Source: an uncultured Planctomycetaceae bacterium (lineage in GTDB: Bacteria; Planctomycetota; Phycisphaerae; SM23-33). From it: a DNA stretch of 64,000 nucleotides. Position 1 is the stretch's first letter. The number at the start of each line of letters is the position of its first letter. Where the stretch lies: positions 93,044 through 157,043 of the forward strand of contig CAYLPJ010000004.1 of assembly GCA_964385465.1 (NCBI GenBank), in the 5' to 3' direction. The notes below the pieces were generated by a model. It saw only the letters and a program-made list of their open reading frames with translations. It was not told the DNA's origin and did not search any database. A program made the translations under genes and the position numbers. This document shows positions 9,986 to 20,000 of this stretch, piece after piece.

Positions 9986-11881
9986 ATGTCCGACCATGAC
10001 TCCGACAACCGCTCCGGCCGGCGGTGGCTTCGCCGCCTGCTGACCGCCCTTGGCTGCCTGCTGCTGTTTCTCGTGGCGGCCCTCGCGGCCGTGAAGTGGT
10101 GGGTCGCCCCGCTGGTCATCCGCACGCAGGCGGAGTCGGCGCTGGGCGACTACTGGGGCGGCGAGGCGGCCGTCGGTCGCGTCGAGTTCCACTACACCGC
10201 CCCGATCCTGCTGGGCGAGGTCACGCTGACCGATCCGAACGGCCGGCGATGGGCGCGGGTCGAGAGCGTCCGGGCGGTGCTCCGCGACTGGCCTGGAACC
10301 CGCCCGGTGCTGACGGCGGTGGAGGTCGGCCCGGTCGAGCTGACGGCCCACGTCGCCGGCGGGCGCTGCCGGCCCCCGCTGCGGGAGCCGCGGGCCGAGC
10401 CGAGCGACCTCGGCGAGTACGTCGAGCTGCTGCGCGTCGCGGCCGAGGACATCCGCATCGCCGCGGTGGACCACGACAGCGGGCGGCGCGTGGCGCGTCG
10501 GCTGGCGTTCGGGTTGACGCGCCCGGACGGCAGCTCCCCGTACGGCGTGCGGCTGACCGAGCGGCTGCCCAGCGGCGGGGAGGCGACGCTGCTGGACGGC
10601 AACGTTCACGGGGACACGACGGAGGCGGCGCTGCGGGTGACCGTGGACCAGCCGCTGCGGAAGCCGGAGGTGGCCTTCGCCCTCGGCCTGGCCGGGCCGG
10701 CGGGCCTGCGGGAGTTGGCCGGCGACGTCCGGGTGGACCTGGCGATCACGGGGCGGCTGGACGAGCCCAACAGCCTCCGCCCTCGCGGCGAGCTGGCCCT
10801 GGCGGGCTTCCGCGCCGCCGGGGAGACGCCGATCGTCCACGGCGTGGACGTCCGCATGGATGTCGACGGCAGCAGCGGAACGCTCCGCCGGGCCGACGCC
10901 AACACCCCCGCCGGCAGCGTGCGCATCCAGGAGACGCCCTTCCGCTGGGACGCCGGCACGGGGACGCTGTCGGCCGACGTCGGCGACGTGCTCCTCACCG
11001 GCCGCGGGGGCGACCCGGGGCCGTTCTGGCGCGACGCGCTGGGCGGCGTGACCGCGGACGGGCAGGTCCGCCTGTCGGGCAAGGTGGCCATCCGCCCGGC
11101 GCGGTTGGATGAGTCCACCTTCGACCTGATGACCCACCCGCGGATCCGCCACGTGCACTTCGCCGCCGACCCCAACCGGGACCTGCGGGACATCTCGGCC
11201 GGCTACGTTCGCCTGCGCCCGACGCGTATCGACGCCGACCGCCTGGAGGGCCGCTTCGCCAGGGGCCGCGTGCGGTTCACCGGCGCGGTGTTCGTCGAGG
11301 ACGGCGCCACGCCGGCGACGATTCGCGACTGGGGGCGGGTCGAACGGCTCGGCGGCGGCGGGAACCTGTTCATGGACGACGTGGACCTCGTCGCCGTGCC
11401 CATCCTGCCCGGGCTGCTGCGCGTGATGAACGTCCTGCCCGAGGGCCGCAGCGGCGTCAGCGACGTCAACGCCGATCTGACGCTGGCCGGCGGGGTCGTG
11501 ACCGTGCAGAAGGGACGGCTGGCCAATCCCCTCTCGGCCCTGGCGGCCGAGAAGGGAGGCACGGTGGACCTGCGCAAGGGCACGATCGACGGGCACGTGG
11601 TGGTCGTCCCGCTCAAGCCGCTGCACGACGTGCTCAGCAAGATTCCCCTGGTGAACCTCACGGTGGGGTTCAAGGACCGCCTGTCGCGGTTCCGCGTGCA
11701 GGGCCCGTGGACGGCCAGCCCGGGCAAGCTGGTCAAGCCCCAGCCGCTGGAGAACCTCGCCGAAGGCACCGGGGAGTTCTTCAAGGGCGTCGCCAAGGCC
11801 GGCGGGCAGCTCGGCAAGGGCGTGGTCAGGGGCCTCGGCGATGTCCTCAACGCCCTCGACCTTTCCGGCCCGAAGCGGTAG
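9986..11881 (+). CDS. Membrane-anchored AsmA-like / DUF-type envelope protein
   Basis: N-terminal TM (LLTALGCLLLFLVAALAAVKWWVAPLV) then a beta-rich repetitive body. Clean 631-aa frame divergent from the GH2-like gene. The overlapping minus ORF 9065..11626 has junk R/G/P/H-rich composition. Confidence 0.55.
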   Translation: MSDHDSDNRSGRRWLRRLLTALGCLLLFLVAALAAVKWWVAPLVIRTQAESALGDYWGGEAAVGRVEFHYTAPILLGEVTLTDPNGRRWARVESVRAVLRDWPGTRPVLTAVEVGPVELTAHVAGGRCRPPLREPRAEPSDLGEYVELLRVAAEDIRIAAVDHDSGRRVARRLAFGLTRPDGSSPYGVRLTERLPSGGEATLLDGNVHGDTTEAALRVTVDQPLRKPEVAFALGLAGPAGLRELAGDVRVDLAITGRLDEPNSLRPRGELALAGFRAAGETPIVHGVDVRMDVDGSSGTLRRADANTPAGSVRIQETPFRWDAGTGTLSADVGDVLLTGRGGDPGPFWRDALGGVTADGQVRLSGKVAIRPARLDESTFDLMTHPRIRHVHFAADPNRDLRDISAGYVRLRPTRIDADRLEGRFARGRVRFTGAVFVEDGATPATIRDWGRVERLGGGGNLFMDDVDLVAVPILPGLLRVMNVLPEGRSGVSDVNADLTLAGGVVTVQKGRLANPLSALAAEKGGTVDLRKGTIDGHVVVVPLKPLHDVLSKIPLVNLTVGFKDRLSRFRVQGPWTASPGKLVKPQPLENLAEGTGEFFKGVAKAGGQLGKGVVRGLGDVLNALDLSGPKR

Positions 11882-11922
11882 AAAGGACGGCGGCGAATGC
11901 CGAGTCCACCAGGAGACATTCC

Positions 11923-12846
11923 ATGAGCGAGCAAATGACGAGAAGGCGGTTCCTTCACCGCGCGGCCGCGGCGGGCGGCGCCGTCGCCCTGCCCGGCGCC
12001 CTGGCCGATCCCCTCGCGGCCGCGGATGCCCCGGGCGGGAAGATGCGGTTCGGGCTGGTGACCTACCTGTGGGCGAAGGACTGGAAGCTCGGGGAGCTGA
12101 TCGCCAACTGCGAGAAGACGAAGGTCCTCGGCGTGGAGCTTCGGACGACGCACAAGCACGGGGTCGAGCGCGACCTGAACGCCAGGCAGCGGGCGGAGGT
12201 GAAGAAGCGTTTCGACGACTCGCCGGTCACGCTGGTGGGGCTGGGCAGCAACGAGCGGTTCGACCACCCGGACCCGGACCGGCTGAAACGGGCCATCGAG
12301 GCCACCCGGGCGTTTCTGGAACTCAGCCGGGACTGCGGCGGCGGCGGGGTGAAGGTCAAGCCGAACAGCTTTCACAAGAACGTCCCCCGGGAGAAGACCA
12401 TCGAGCAGATCGGGCGCAGCCTCAACGAGCTGGGCGCCTTCGCCGCCGAGATCGGCCAGGAGGTCCGCCTGGAGGTCCACGGGCAGTGCTCGGAGCTGCC
12501 GACGATCAAGCGGATCATGGACGTGGCGACGCACGAGGCCGTCGGGGTCTGCTGGAACTCCAACGCCGCGGACCTCAAGGGCAAGGGCCTGGAGCACAAC
12601 TTCGCCCTGGTGAAGGACCGCTTCGGCGCGACCGCTCACGTGCGGGCGTTCGACGCCAAGGGCAACGACTACCCGTGGGCGAAGCTGATCCGGCTGTTCG
12701 CGGAGATGGACTACGACGGGTGGGTTCTGCTGGAGGCGCGGGCGAAGCGCAAGGACTACGCCGCCGCCCTCGCCCGCCAGCGGGAGCTGTTCGAGACCAT
12801 GGCCGCCGAGGCCCGAAAGCAACTTTCCGCCGCGTCGGCCGTTTAA
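11923..12846 (+). CDS. TAT-secreted sugar phosphate isomerase/epimerase (xylose isomerase-like TIM barrel)
   Basis: AGGAGA RBS. Twin-arginine signal MSEQMTRRRFLHRAAAAGGAVALPGA. Body matches the AP endonuclease 2/xylose-isomerase-like TIM family (RFGLVTYLW...LGVELR...VHGQCSELP...DGWVLLEARAK). Confidence 0.75.
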   Translation: MSEQMTRRRFLHRAAAAGGAVALPGALADPLAAADAPGGKMRFGLVTYLWAKDWKLGELIANCEKTKVLGVELRTTHKHGVERDLNARQRAEVKKRFDDSPVTLVGLGSNERFDHPDPDRLKRAIEATRAFLELSRDCGGGGVKVKPNSFHKNVPREKTIEQIGRSLNELGAFAAEIGQEVRLEVHGQCSELPTIKRIMDVATHEAVGVCWNSNAADLKGKGLEHNFALVKDRFGATAHVRAFDAKGNDYPWAKLIRLFAEMDYDGWVLLEARAKRKDYAAALARQRELFETMAAEARKQLSAASAV

Positions 12847-12888
12847 GGTGCCAAGGGAACCCGAGCGCAACACTGGAAGGAGACACAC

Positions 12889-14352
12889 ATGCGCAAGTTG
12901 GAACGTCGTACATTTCTCAAGGGCGCTCTGGGCGCCGCCGGGGCGGCCGCGACCGTCACCATCTCCGGCACCAAGGCCGGGGCGAAGGTCGTCGGGGCGA
13001 ACAACCGTTTCCGCATCGCGGTGGCGGGGATGCACGGGCGGGGCAACAGCCACGCGGGCAGCTACGTCAAGATGAAGGACGTCGAGCTGGCCTACGTGAT
13101 CGACCCGGACAAGAAGGTCCGCGACCGGGCGGCCAAGCGATACACCGAAAAGGCCGACGGCTACGAGGTCAAGGGCCTGACGGACTTCCGCGAGGCGCTG
13201 GAGGACAAGGACCTCGACGCCATCTCGATCGCCACGCCGAACCACTGGCACTCGCTGATGACGATCCTGGCCGCCCAGGCGGGCAAGCACGTCTACGTCG
13301 AGAAGCCCGCCAGCCACGACATCTACGAGGGCCGCGTCGCCGTCGAGGCATGGAAGAAGTACGGCGTGGTCATCCAGCACGGCACGCAGCAGCGAAGCAG
13401 CGGCGGGCGGGCCCGTCAGATGGCGGCGATCCGGGCGGGCAAGTACGGCCGGCTGAAGATCAGCTACGGCTACTGCTGCAAGCCTCGCGGGGGCATCGGT
13501 CACAAGAAGCCCGAGGATCCGCCGAGCAACCTGGACTGGAACCTGTGGCGCGGCCCGGCGGTGATCGACCAGTACCACGACAACTACGTGCACTACGACT
13601 GGCACTGGTTCTGGAAGACGGGCAACGGGGATCTGAACAACCAGGGCACGCACCAGTTGGACGTCGCCCAGTGGGCGATCGACGACGATCAGACGCACCC
13701 GGTCCGCGCGATGGCGATCGGCGGGCGGTTCAAGTGGGACGACCAGGGCGAGACGCCGAACACGATGTTCGCCATCGCCCAGTACCCCAACGGGCAGTAC
13801 GTCTTCTTCAACGTCCGCAACGTCAACTACAAGGGGTACAAGCGGCAGGTGATGAACGAGTTCTACTTCGAGGACGGCGGGTTCATCGACCGCGGCGGCA
13901 AGTACCACGCGGGCAAGGGCAAGCCGCCCGAGGACGTCGAGGTCCCCGACGTGAAGGTCACCGGCGGCGGAACGTTCGGCAGCTTCGTCACCGCCGCCCG
14001 GGCCGGCAAGCAGGAGATGTCCAACGCCGACATGTACGAGGCGCACCTCTCCTGCGTCGTCGGGCACCTGATGAACAACTCCTACCGCCTCGGCAAGAAG
14101 GTGCCCTTCAACGCCAAGGCCGGCAAGTTCGGCGACAACAAGGACGCCTACGAGCACTTCATGAAGCTCCACGAGATCATGGCCGAGGGCGTCGGCGTCC
14201 CCGAGAACGAGGCCGAGTACACCGTCGGCCCGTGGCTGACCTTCGACCCCAAGACCGAGCGGTTCACCGGCGAGCACGCCGACGAGGCCAACAAGCTCGT
14301 CCGCGACCCCAACCGCAAGGAATTCCAGATCCCCGACGCTGACAAGGTCTAG
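12889..14352 (+). CDS. TAT-secreted Gfo/Idh/MocA family oxidoreductase
   Basis: MRKLERRTFLKGALGAAGAAA TAT signal. Rossmann N-terminus FRIAVAGMHGRGNSHAGS. EKP motif VYVEKPASHD. 487 aa. Confidence 0.85.
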   Translation: MRKLERRTFLKGALGAAGAAATVTISGTKAGAKVVGANNRFRIAVAGMHGRGNSHAGSYVKMKDVELAYVIDPDKKVRDRAAKRYTEKADGYEVKGLTDFREALEDKDLDAISIATPNHWHSLMTILAAQAGKHVYVEKPASHDIYEGRVAVEAWKKYGVVIQHGTQQRSSGGRARQMAAIRAGKYGRLKISYGYCCKPRGGIGHKKPEDPPSNLDWNLWRGPAVIDQYHDNYVHYDWHWFWKTGNGDLNNQGTHQLDVAQWAIDDDQTHPVRAMAIGGRFKWDDQGETPNTMFAIAQYPNGQYVFFNVRNVNYKGYKRQVMNEFYFEDGGFIDRGGKYHAGKGKPPEDVEVPDVKVTGGGTFGSFVTAARAGKQEMSNADMYEAHLSCVVGHLMNNSYRLGKKVPFNAKAGKFGDNKDAYEHFMKLHEIMAEGVGVPENEAEYTVGPWLTFDPKTERFTGEHADEANKLVRDPNRKEFQIPDADKV

Positions 14353-14617
14353 CAGTCCGTTGAAGAAGTGCTTCGTCGCCGAGAGCGAGGGATTCTTCGG
14401 TCCGGCAAGGAAGGGAAACGGAGGCGAATCTCCATGATTCGCTGAGTTTGCCTGACGCCGCCGGAACGAAGAAGACCCGCTCGCAGGCCGAATCGACTTC
14501 TTCAACGGGCTGCTGGCCGCCCGACGCCACCGGCCGGACCGAGCGCCGGGCGTCGCGCCCGGCTCGCCGACGGTCGCGGCCGACGGGCAGCCTCGAAAAG
14601 GCGGCAGATGTCAACGA

Positions 14618-14653
14618 AACGGGCGGGCGGACGCTACAGTCCGCCCGCCCGTT
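14618..14653. terminator. Bidirectional hairpin terminator between convergent genes
   Basis: Perfect 15-bp inverted repeat AACGGGCGGGCGGAC-gctaca-GTCCGCCCGCCCGTT followed by TCTCGTT. Lies between the oxidoreductase stop (14352) and the sulfatase stop (14670). Confidence 0.5.
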
Positions 14654-14669
14654 CTCGTTGGCGAAGCGA

Positions 14670-16079
14670 TCAGAACGCCCCGACGCGGGGCTGGCCCGGA
14701 TCGGTGGCGAGCATGGTCGCGTCGAAGAGGCGCCGGGTCAGCTCGAAGCGGACCTCCGCGTGCGACGGGTCCGACCAGAGGTTGTCGAACTCCCCCGGGT
14801 CCGCCCGCAGGTCGTACAGTTCGCCGACGTCCCGGCCGTGGTAGACCACCAGCTTGTACCGCTCGTCGGCCAGCATGTTCGCGTGCGTTGCATGGCCGAC
14901 GGGCATCGCGTCGTGGTACTCGCAGCGGACGAAGTCCCGGAACCGATCCGCCGGGGCCTCGCCGCGGAGGATCGGCATGAGGCTGCGCCCGTGGACGTCC
15001 TCGGGGATTTCGAGCCCCGTCGCCTCCATCAGCGTGACGGGCACGTCGGCCAATTCCACCAGGGCCTCGCCGCGGAGCCCCTCGCGCACCCGCCCGGGCC
15101 AGGAGACGATCAGCGGCACGCGGACGGCGCCGTCGTAGAAGCGAGCCCCCTTCTGGAGCAGCCCGTGGTCGCCGAGCATGTCGCCGTGGTCGCTCATGAA
15201 CACCACGATCGTCCGCTCCCGCTGCCCGGTGGCCTCCAGGGCCTCCAGCATCCGCCCGACGTTCTCGTCGATCAGCTCGATCTGCGCCCAGTAGGCGGCC
15301 ACCATGCGGCGGGCGTCGTAGGTGGCGGGGTCCACCGGCTCGCGGGTCTGGTGGTCGACCTCCGCGAACGCCCGCTGGGACTCCATCTCCTCGGGGCGGA
15401 ACAGCGGCAGGGGCATGGCGTCGACGTCCATGCGATCCATGTATTCCGGCGGGGGGTCGAAGACCGGGTGCGGGTCGAACGGGTTGACGCTCATCAGCCA
15501 AGGCCCGTCCCGGTCCTGCGAGAGGAACTCGATCGCCCTCTCGGCGCACCAGGTGGTCTGGTGGTGCTCGGCCGGGATGCCGGTCTGCACGAGCCCCCCG
15601 CTGCCGTGCAGCGCCCCGTAGTCCACGCCCCTGCCCGCCAGCCAGGCCTGGTAGTCGTGGGCCTCGCCCGGCCAGTAGTCCTCGGGCTGGGGATGGTGGC
15701 TCCACTTGAAGAAACGGTAGCCGTCCTCGCAGCGCCGCTCCACCCGCCCGTTGGCGGCCGAGAGGTGCAGCTTGCCCGACAGCCCGCAGTCGTAGCCGGT
15801 CTCGGCCAGGCGGCGGGTGATGAGCTTCTCCGGGCACGGGAAGAACTCGTTGCCGTTGCGGTTGACGTGCAGCGTGGAGGGGTAGTAGCCGGTCAGGAAA
15901 CACGCGCGACTGGGCGTGCAGATGGGGCTCTGGCTGTAGCATCGCGTAAAGGCCGTCCCCTCGGCGCACAGGCGGTCGAGGTTCGGCGTGCGGATGTGCC
16001 GGTTGCCCAGCGCGGCGACGGTGTCCCACCGCTGCTGGTCCGTGCAGATCCACAGGATGTTCGGGCGGTCGTCAGGCAT
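14670..16079 (-). CDS. Sulfatase (Cys-type formylglycine motif)
   Basis: MPDDRPNILWICTDQQRWD...CTPSRACFLTG (C-x-P-x-R). 469 aa. AAGGAG RBS. No obvious signal peptide. Confidence 0.85.
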   Translation of the reverse strand: MPDDRPNILWICTDQQRWDTVAALGNRHIRTPNLDRLCAEGTAFTRCYSQSPICTPSRACFLTGYYPSTLHVNRNGNEFFPCPEKLITRRLAETGYDCGLSGKLHLSAANGRVERRCEDGYRFFKWSHHPQPEDYWPGEAHDYQAWLAGRGVDYGALHGSGGLVQTGIPAEHHQTTWCAERAIEFLSQDRDGPWLMSVNPFDPHPVFDPPPEYMDRMDVDAMPLPLFRPEEMESQRAFAEVDHQTREPVDPATYDARRMVAAYWAQIELIDENVGRMLEALEATGQRERTIVVFMSDHGDMLGDHGLLQKGARFYDGAVRVPLIVSWPGRVREGLRGEALVELADVPVTLMEATGLEIPEDVHGRSLMPILRGEAPADRFRDFVRCEYHDAMPVGHATHANMLADERYKLVVYHGRDVGELYDLRADPGEFDNLWSDPSHAEVRFELTRRLFDATMLATDPGQPRVGAF

Positions 16080-16117
16080 CGGCGCTCCTTGCGCTGTGTG
16101 GGCGGGATTCGCCCCCG

Positions 16118-16921
16118 CTACGGTTTCGGCGGGAACAACTCGTCGGCCGTGCCGGCGAGGATGCGCTGCCGCACGGCCTCGTCGAGGCCGAGCTGGTCGA
16201 AGATCTCGATGTCCAGCCGCAGGTGCTCGGGCTGCTTGTCCAGCCCGCCGGGGACGCGGCTGTCGGTGCCCCAGAGCATCCGCTCGGGCCCGCAGAACGA
16301 CAGCGTGTTGGCCAGTGCCTGGCCGCGGATGTGCGCCGGCGTGCCGCGCGTCAGGTCCACGTAGCTCTGCCAGCCGGCCTTGTCGTACCCGACGGCCGCC
16401 TTCATCCGCCCCATGACGGCCAGGCACTCCTCGCACCACGGCCAGGAGATGTGCGCCATGGCGAAGCGGATGCTGGGATAGTGCAGCAGCTTCTCGAGGT
16501 GGACGGGGCGGCAGAACCGCGAGCCGTCGTCGTTGGCGTAGAGGATGCCGGTATGGATCAGCACGCTCGCGCGGAGCTCGTGGAGCGTCTCCCAGAACGG
16601 CTCGAGCCTCTCCTCCCACGCGTACCAGTGGTCGGGGATCAGCTTGATGCCGGTGAAACCCATCTCCTCGAGGGCCTCGCGGGCCAGGCCGTTGCAGCCG
16701 GGGATCGTCGGCGACAGCCACGCCAGCCCGGCGATGCGGTCCGGCGCGGCCTCGACGAGCCGCCGCGTGACCTCCAGGTTGGCCCGGAGCTTCTGGAGCG
16801 ACACCCGCTCCTGCGGCGAGCAGACGCAGATCCGCTCGACGCCGTTGGCGTCCATGTTTCGCAGCACCTCGGCCGGGTCGGCCTCGCCGACCTGGTGCAC
16901 GTGGCAATCGACAATTCGCAT
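16118..16921 (-). CDS. Amidohydrolase-2 family metal-dependent hydrolase (TIM barrel)
   Basis: MRIVDCHVHQ start (HxH metal motif). 267 aa. Co-directional with the sulfatase and 38 nt upstream of it. Confidence 0.7.
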   Translation of the reverse strand: MRIVDCHVHQVGEADPAEVLRNMDANGVERICVCSPQERVSLQKLRANLEVTRRLVEAAPDRIAGLAWLSPTIPGCNGLAREALEEMGFTGIKLIPDHWYAWEERLEPFWETLHELRASVLIHTGILYANDDGSRFCRPVHLEKLLHYPSIRFAMAHISWPWCEECLAVMGRMKAAVGYDKAGWQSYVDLTRGTPAHIRGQALANTLSFCGPERMLWGTDSRVPGGLDKQPEHLRLDIEIFDQLGLDEAVRQRILAGTADELFPPKP

Positions 16922-17021
16922 GGGGCTGCCTCTCGGGGGCTGGACAGGACCGGCACTATGGAAGAGTTTCGTCCGGGCGACGCGAATAGCAAGGACGGAT
17001 GCGCCGCCGCGGCCGACGGGG

Positions 17022-20000
17022 CTACTTCGCCGCGGCCGTGATCGCCGCCACGACCGCCATCCCGAGCTTCTCGCCGGCGTCGGTGATGGCCAGCTCCACG
17101 CTGCCGATCGCCTTGTCCGGGTGGGGGTTCTCCCACATCGCGTGGTAGAGGACGGTCTTCCTTCCGCCGCGGGAATCCGCCTGCCAGGCCACGCGGGCCG
17201 CGGGCAGGTCCTTCGGCCGGCCGGCCAGCCAGGAACCGATCTCCCGCGTCAGGCGGACCGGGAAGCTCGCCTTGGACCCGTCGGCGTAGCGGACGGTGTA
17301 CCGCAGCACCACCGGCGGATCGTCCGAGCGGAACTCGCCGCCCTTCTCCCGGAGGAACGTGTGCAGGAAGAACAGCCCGGCGGCCTTGCGGTCCACGGGC
17401 ACCTCGATCCTGTCGGCACCCTTGAACTTGCCCATGCTGCCCAGCCCGGCGACGTTCGCCTCCGCCGGGGCAAGGGGGTTGTCGAAGATGGTGTAGGGCA
17501 CGTCGCGCAGGCGCGTCGGCCCGGTGGGCAGCTTGGACAGGTCGTGCTCCGGGTCCGGCCAGTTGTCGTCGCGGGAGAGAAACAGGTTGACCTGGCCGCC
17601 GCCGAAGACCACCGGCGTGTAGCCGACGATATCCGTCCCGGCGGCCTTCGCCGGCTCCTCGCCGAACGCCGCGTGCAGGTTCGACAGCAGGTTCTTGACG
17701 ATGCCCTTCTTCTTGGCGGCGTTCTCGGGGTTCGGCTCGGCGTCCAGCAGCTTGACCTGGTTGAGCACGACGCCGCCGGCGCCCATCGTGTAGCGGTTGA
17801 GCACGCCGGCGGTCAGCAGCGGGTGGACCTTCTTGTGGAACGCGTCGGACCGCGTGGCGTGCAGCCAGAGGTTGTCGATGCCCAGCACGTTCTGCTTGCC
17901 GTCGCGGTTCCACTCGACGATCTCCATCTCGACGGACTCCGCCTCGACGGGCTCGAAGTCGAACCGCTGGACGACCGGCTTCTCGTGGACCTCCGTGTCG
18001 AACACCAGCGGCTTGTCCGGCTCGCCGTCGAAGGTCAGCTTGAACTTCGTGATGTCGTGGTAGCCGCTGTTGGGAATGATCTCGAAGGCGTCGATCCGCT
18101 CGCGACGAGGCAGCTTGACCGTCCACTTCGTCGGCGACCCGTCGAACAGGTGCAGGTAGAACAGGAACCGCCAGTTGTCCCGGCTGGTCATGTTGTTGAC
18201 CATGTTCAGCGGGTGGTGGCCGCTGTTGAGCGGGTCCTCGTCGAAGTGCTTGAAGTACTTCGGAGAGGGATACTCGCAGAACGGGGCGATGTCCGTGTAG
18301 TCCACGGCGTACGTGAACGCGTTCTTCGAGGGGATCTCCGTGTTCATGAAACGCATGTACCGCTTGCCGGTCGTCATGGCCACGTCCCGCTCGGAGATCC
18401 CGATCGCCAGCGGATCGACCGGGCGGCGCAGCGAGACCCGCTCCTGGCGGAACGGGCGGATGATGTGATCGACGCCGACGAGGCTGTTGAAGCTCTCCAG
18501 CACCTCCGGCGTGACGCCCCAGACCATCACCCAGCCGCCGCCCTCGGTGAACGCGCGGACCTTCTCCGCCGCGCCGGCGAGGCGATTCAGGTTCGCCGCC
18601 GTCGCGTCCACGATCACGATCCTCGCCTTGCCGCTCTCGATCGCCTCGACCGGATCGTCGAACGCGGTGAAGGCCAGGTTGATCTCCTCGAGGAACCGGC
18701 GCTTCCGCTCGCCGTCGGGCGCCACGACCGCCACCGGGTTGATCACCCGCTCGTAGGCCAGGGCGTAGGTGACCATGTTGTCGAACAGCCGCTGGAAGAC
18801 GGGGTCGGAGTCGAGCTTCGTCCCGGCCATCGCCTGGCAGAGCAGCAGCAGCCCGTCGCCGACCTGCGCCTCCAGCAGGGCGCTGTAGGCCAGGTCCGCG
18901 TCGCACTGCATCAGCGACCGGGCGCCCTTGGACGGCTTCTCGTAGACCTCCCGGTAGACCAGGTGGTCGGCGCCCCGCGTGAAGAAGTCCTTCTGCTCCA
19001 GCCCCTCGAAGATCGGGTGCAGCATGTTCTCCATGAAGGCGATCCGCCCGGTGAAGCCGCTGACCTTCAAGTCCGCGTCCACCGCCTCGCCGAGAAGCGG
19101 GTGCTCCTGGTCCAGCACGATGATCCGTTTGCCCGCGGCCGCGAGCTGCTTCCACATCGCCGACCGCGCGTCCTGCTTGCTCAGCGAGTCCGGCCCGACG
19201 ACGATCAGCCGCGCGCCCACCGGGATCGCATCGGCGCTCTCGACGCGGGTGTGCTTCACGCCGCGCCGCTTCAGGCGGTCCGACACCGCGCCGGCCTTGT
19301 CCAGCACGACGATCCCGCCGGCGGGTGCGGGGGCCGTCGGGGCCCGGTCCGGGTCGATCACCGAGACGTCCTTGACCGCGCGGAAGACCTCCTCGCCGCC
19401 CTGCTCGCAGACGAGAGCCAGCGTGCCCTCGGCGCGGGCGTCGGTCTCGGGCATGGTCAGGGCGACCGCGAACTCACGGGCGGTCCCGGGCGCCAGGTCG
19501 AACGTCCGCTCGCCCTTGTCCACCGCCTTCCCGCCGAACGCGAGCGTCCACTTCGCGGTGACCGGATCGCCGCGGCGGGTCATGTTGAACACCTTCAGCG
19601 TGCGGTCCACCTTCGCGCCGGAGGCGTGGGTCCAGTCCCACTGGCGGCAGAACAGGGCCACCGGGGCCATGGACTCCATGTGGTAGCCCGGCCCGGTGAG
19701 CAGGTCCGCCGCGGCGACGCCCTGCCACCGCCAGCCCTCGACGTAGATCTGCCCCATCTTCTGCCGGGCGTTCTCGCAGTGGGCGATCCCACGGAAGCAC
19801 TCCGAGCCGTCCACGCTGGCGAACCAGCCGATGGACTTGCCCCCCGTGTAGTAGCCCTCGCCGACGAACACCGGCTTGGTCATGTCCAGCACCGCGCGAC
19901 GCCCGTGGGGGTTGCCCCCCCGCAGCCCGCGCGAGACCTCCCACGTGTACGCCTCGTCGGGATAGTGGCGGGCCTGCGAGACGGCCGGGTAGTGAATGCC

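Noticed and set aside
4180-9999. 1939-aa plus-strand ORF opposite the first GH2-like giant (and similar 16545..22079 opposite the second)
   Set aside because: Antisense frames of clearly motif-bearing genes, R/G/P/V-rich with no start context. GC-driven stop depletion.
9065-14505. Minus ORFs 9065..11626 (853 aa) and 11203..14505 (1100 aa)
   Set aside because: Antisense to the AsmA-like, TAT-isomerase and Gfo/Idh/MocA genes, which have TM/TAT signals and family motifs. Q/R/H/P-rich junk composition.
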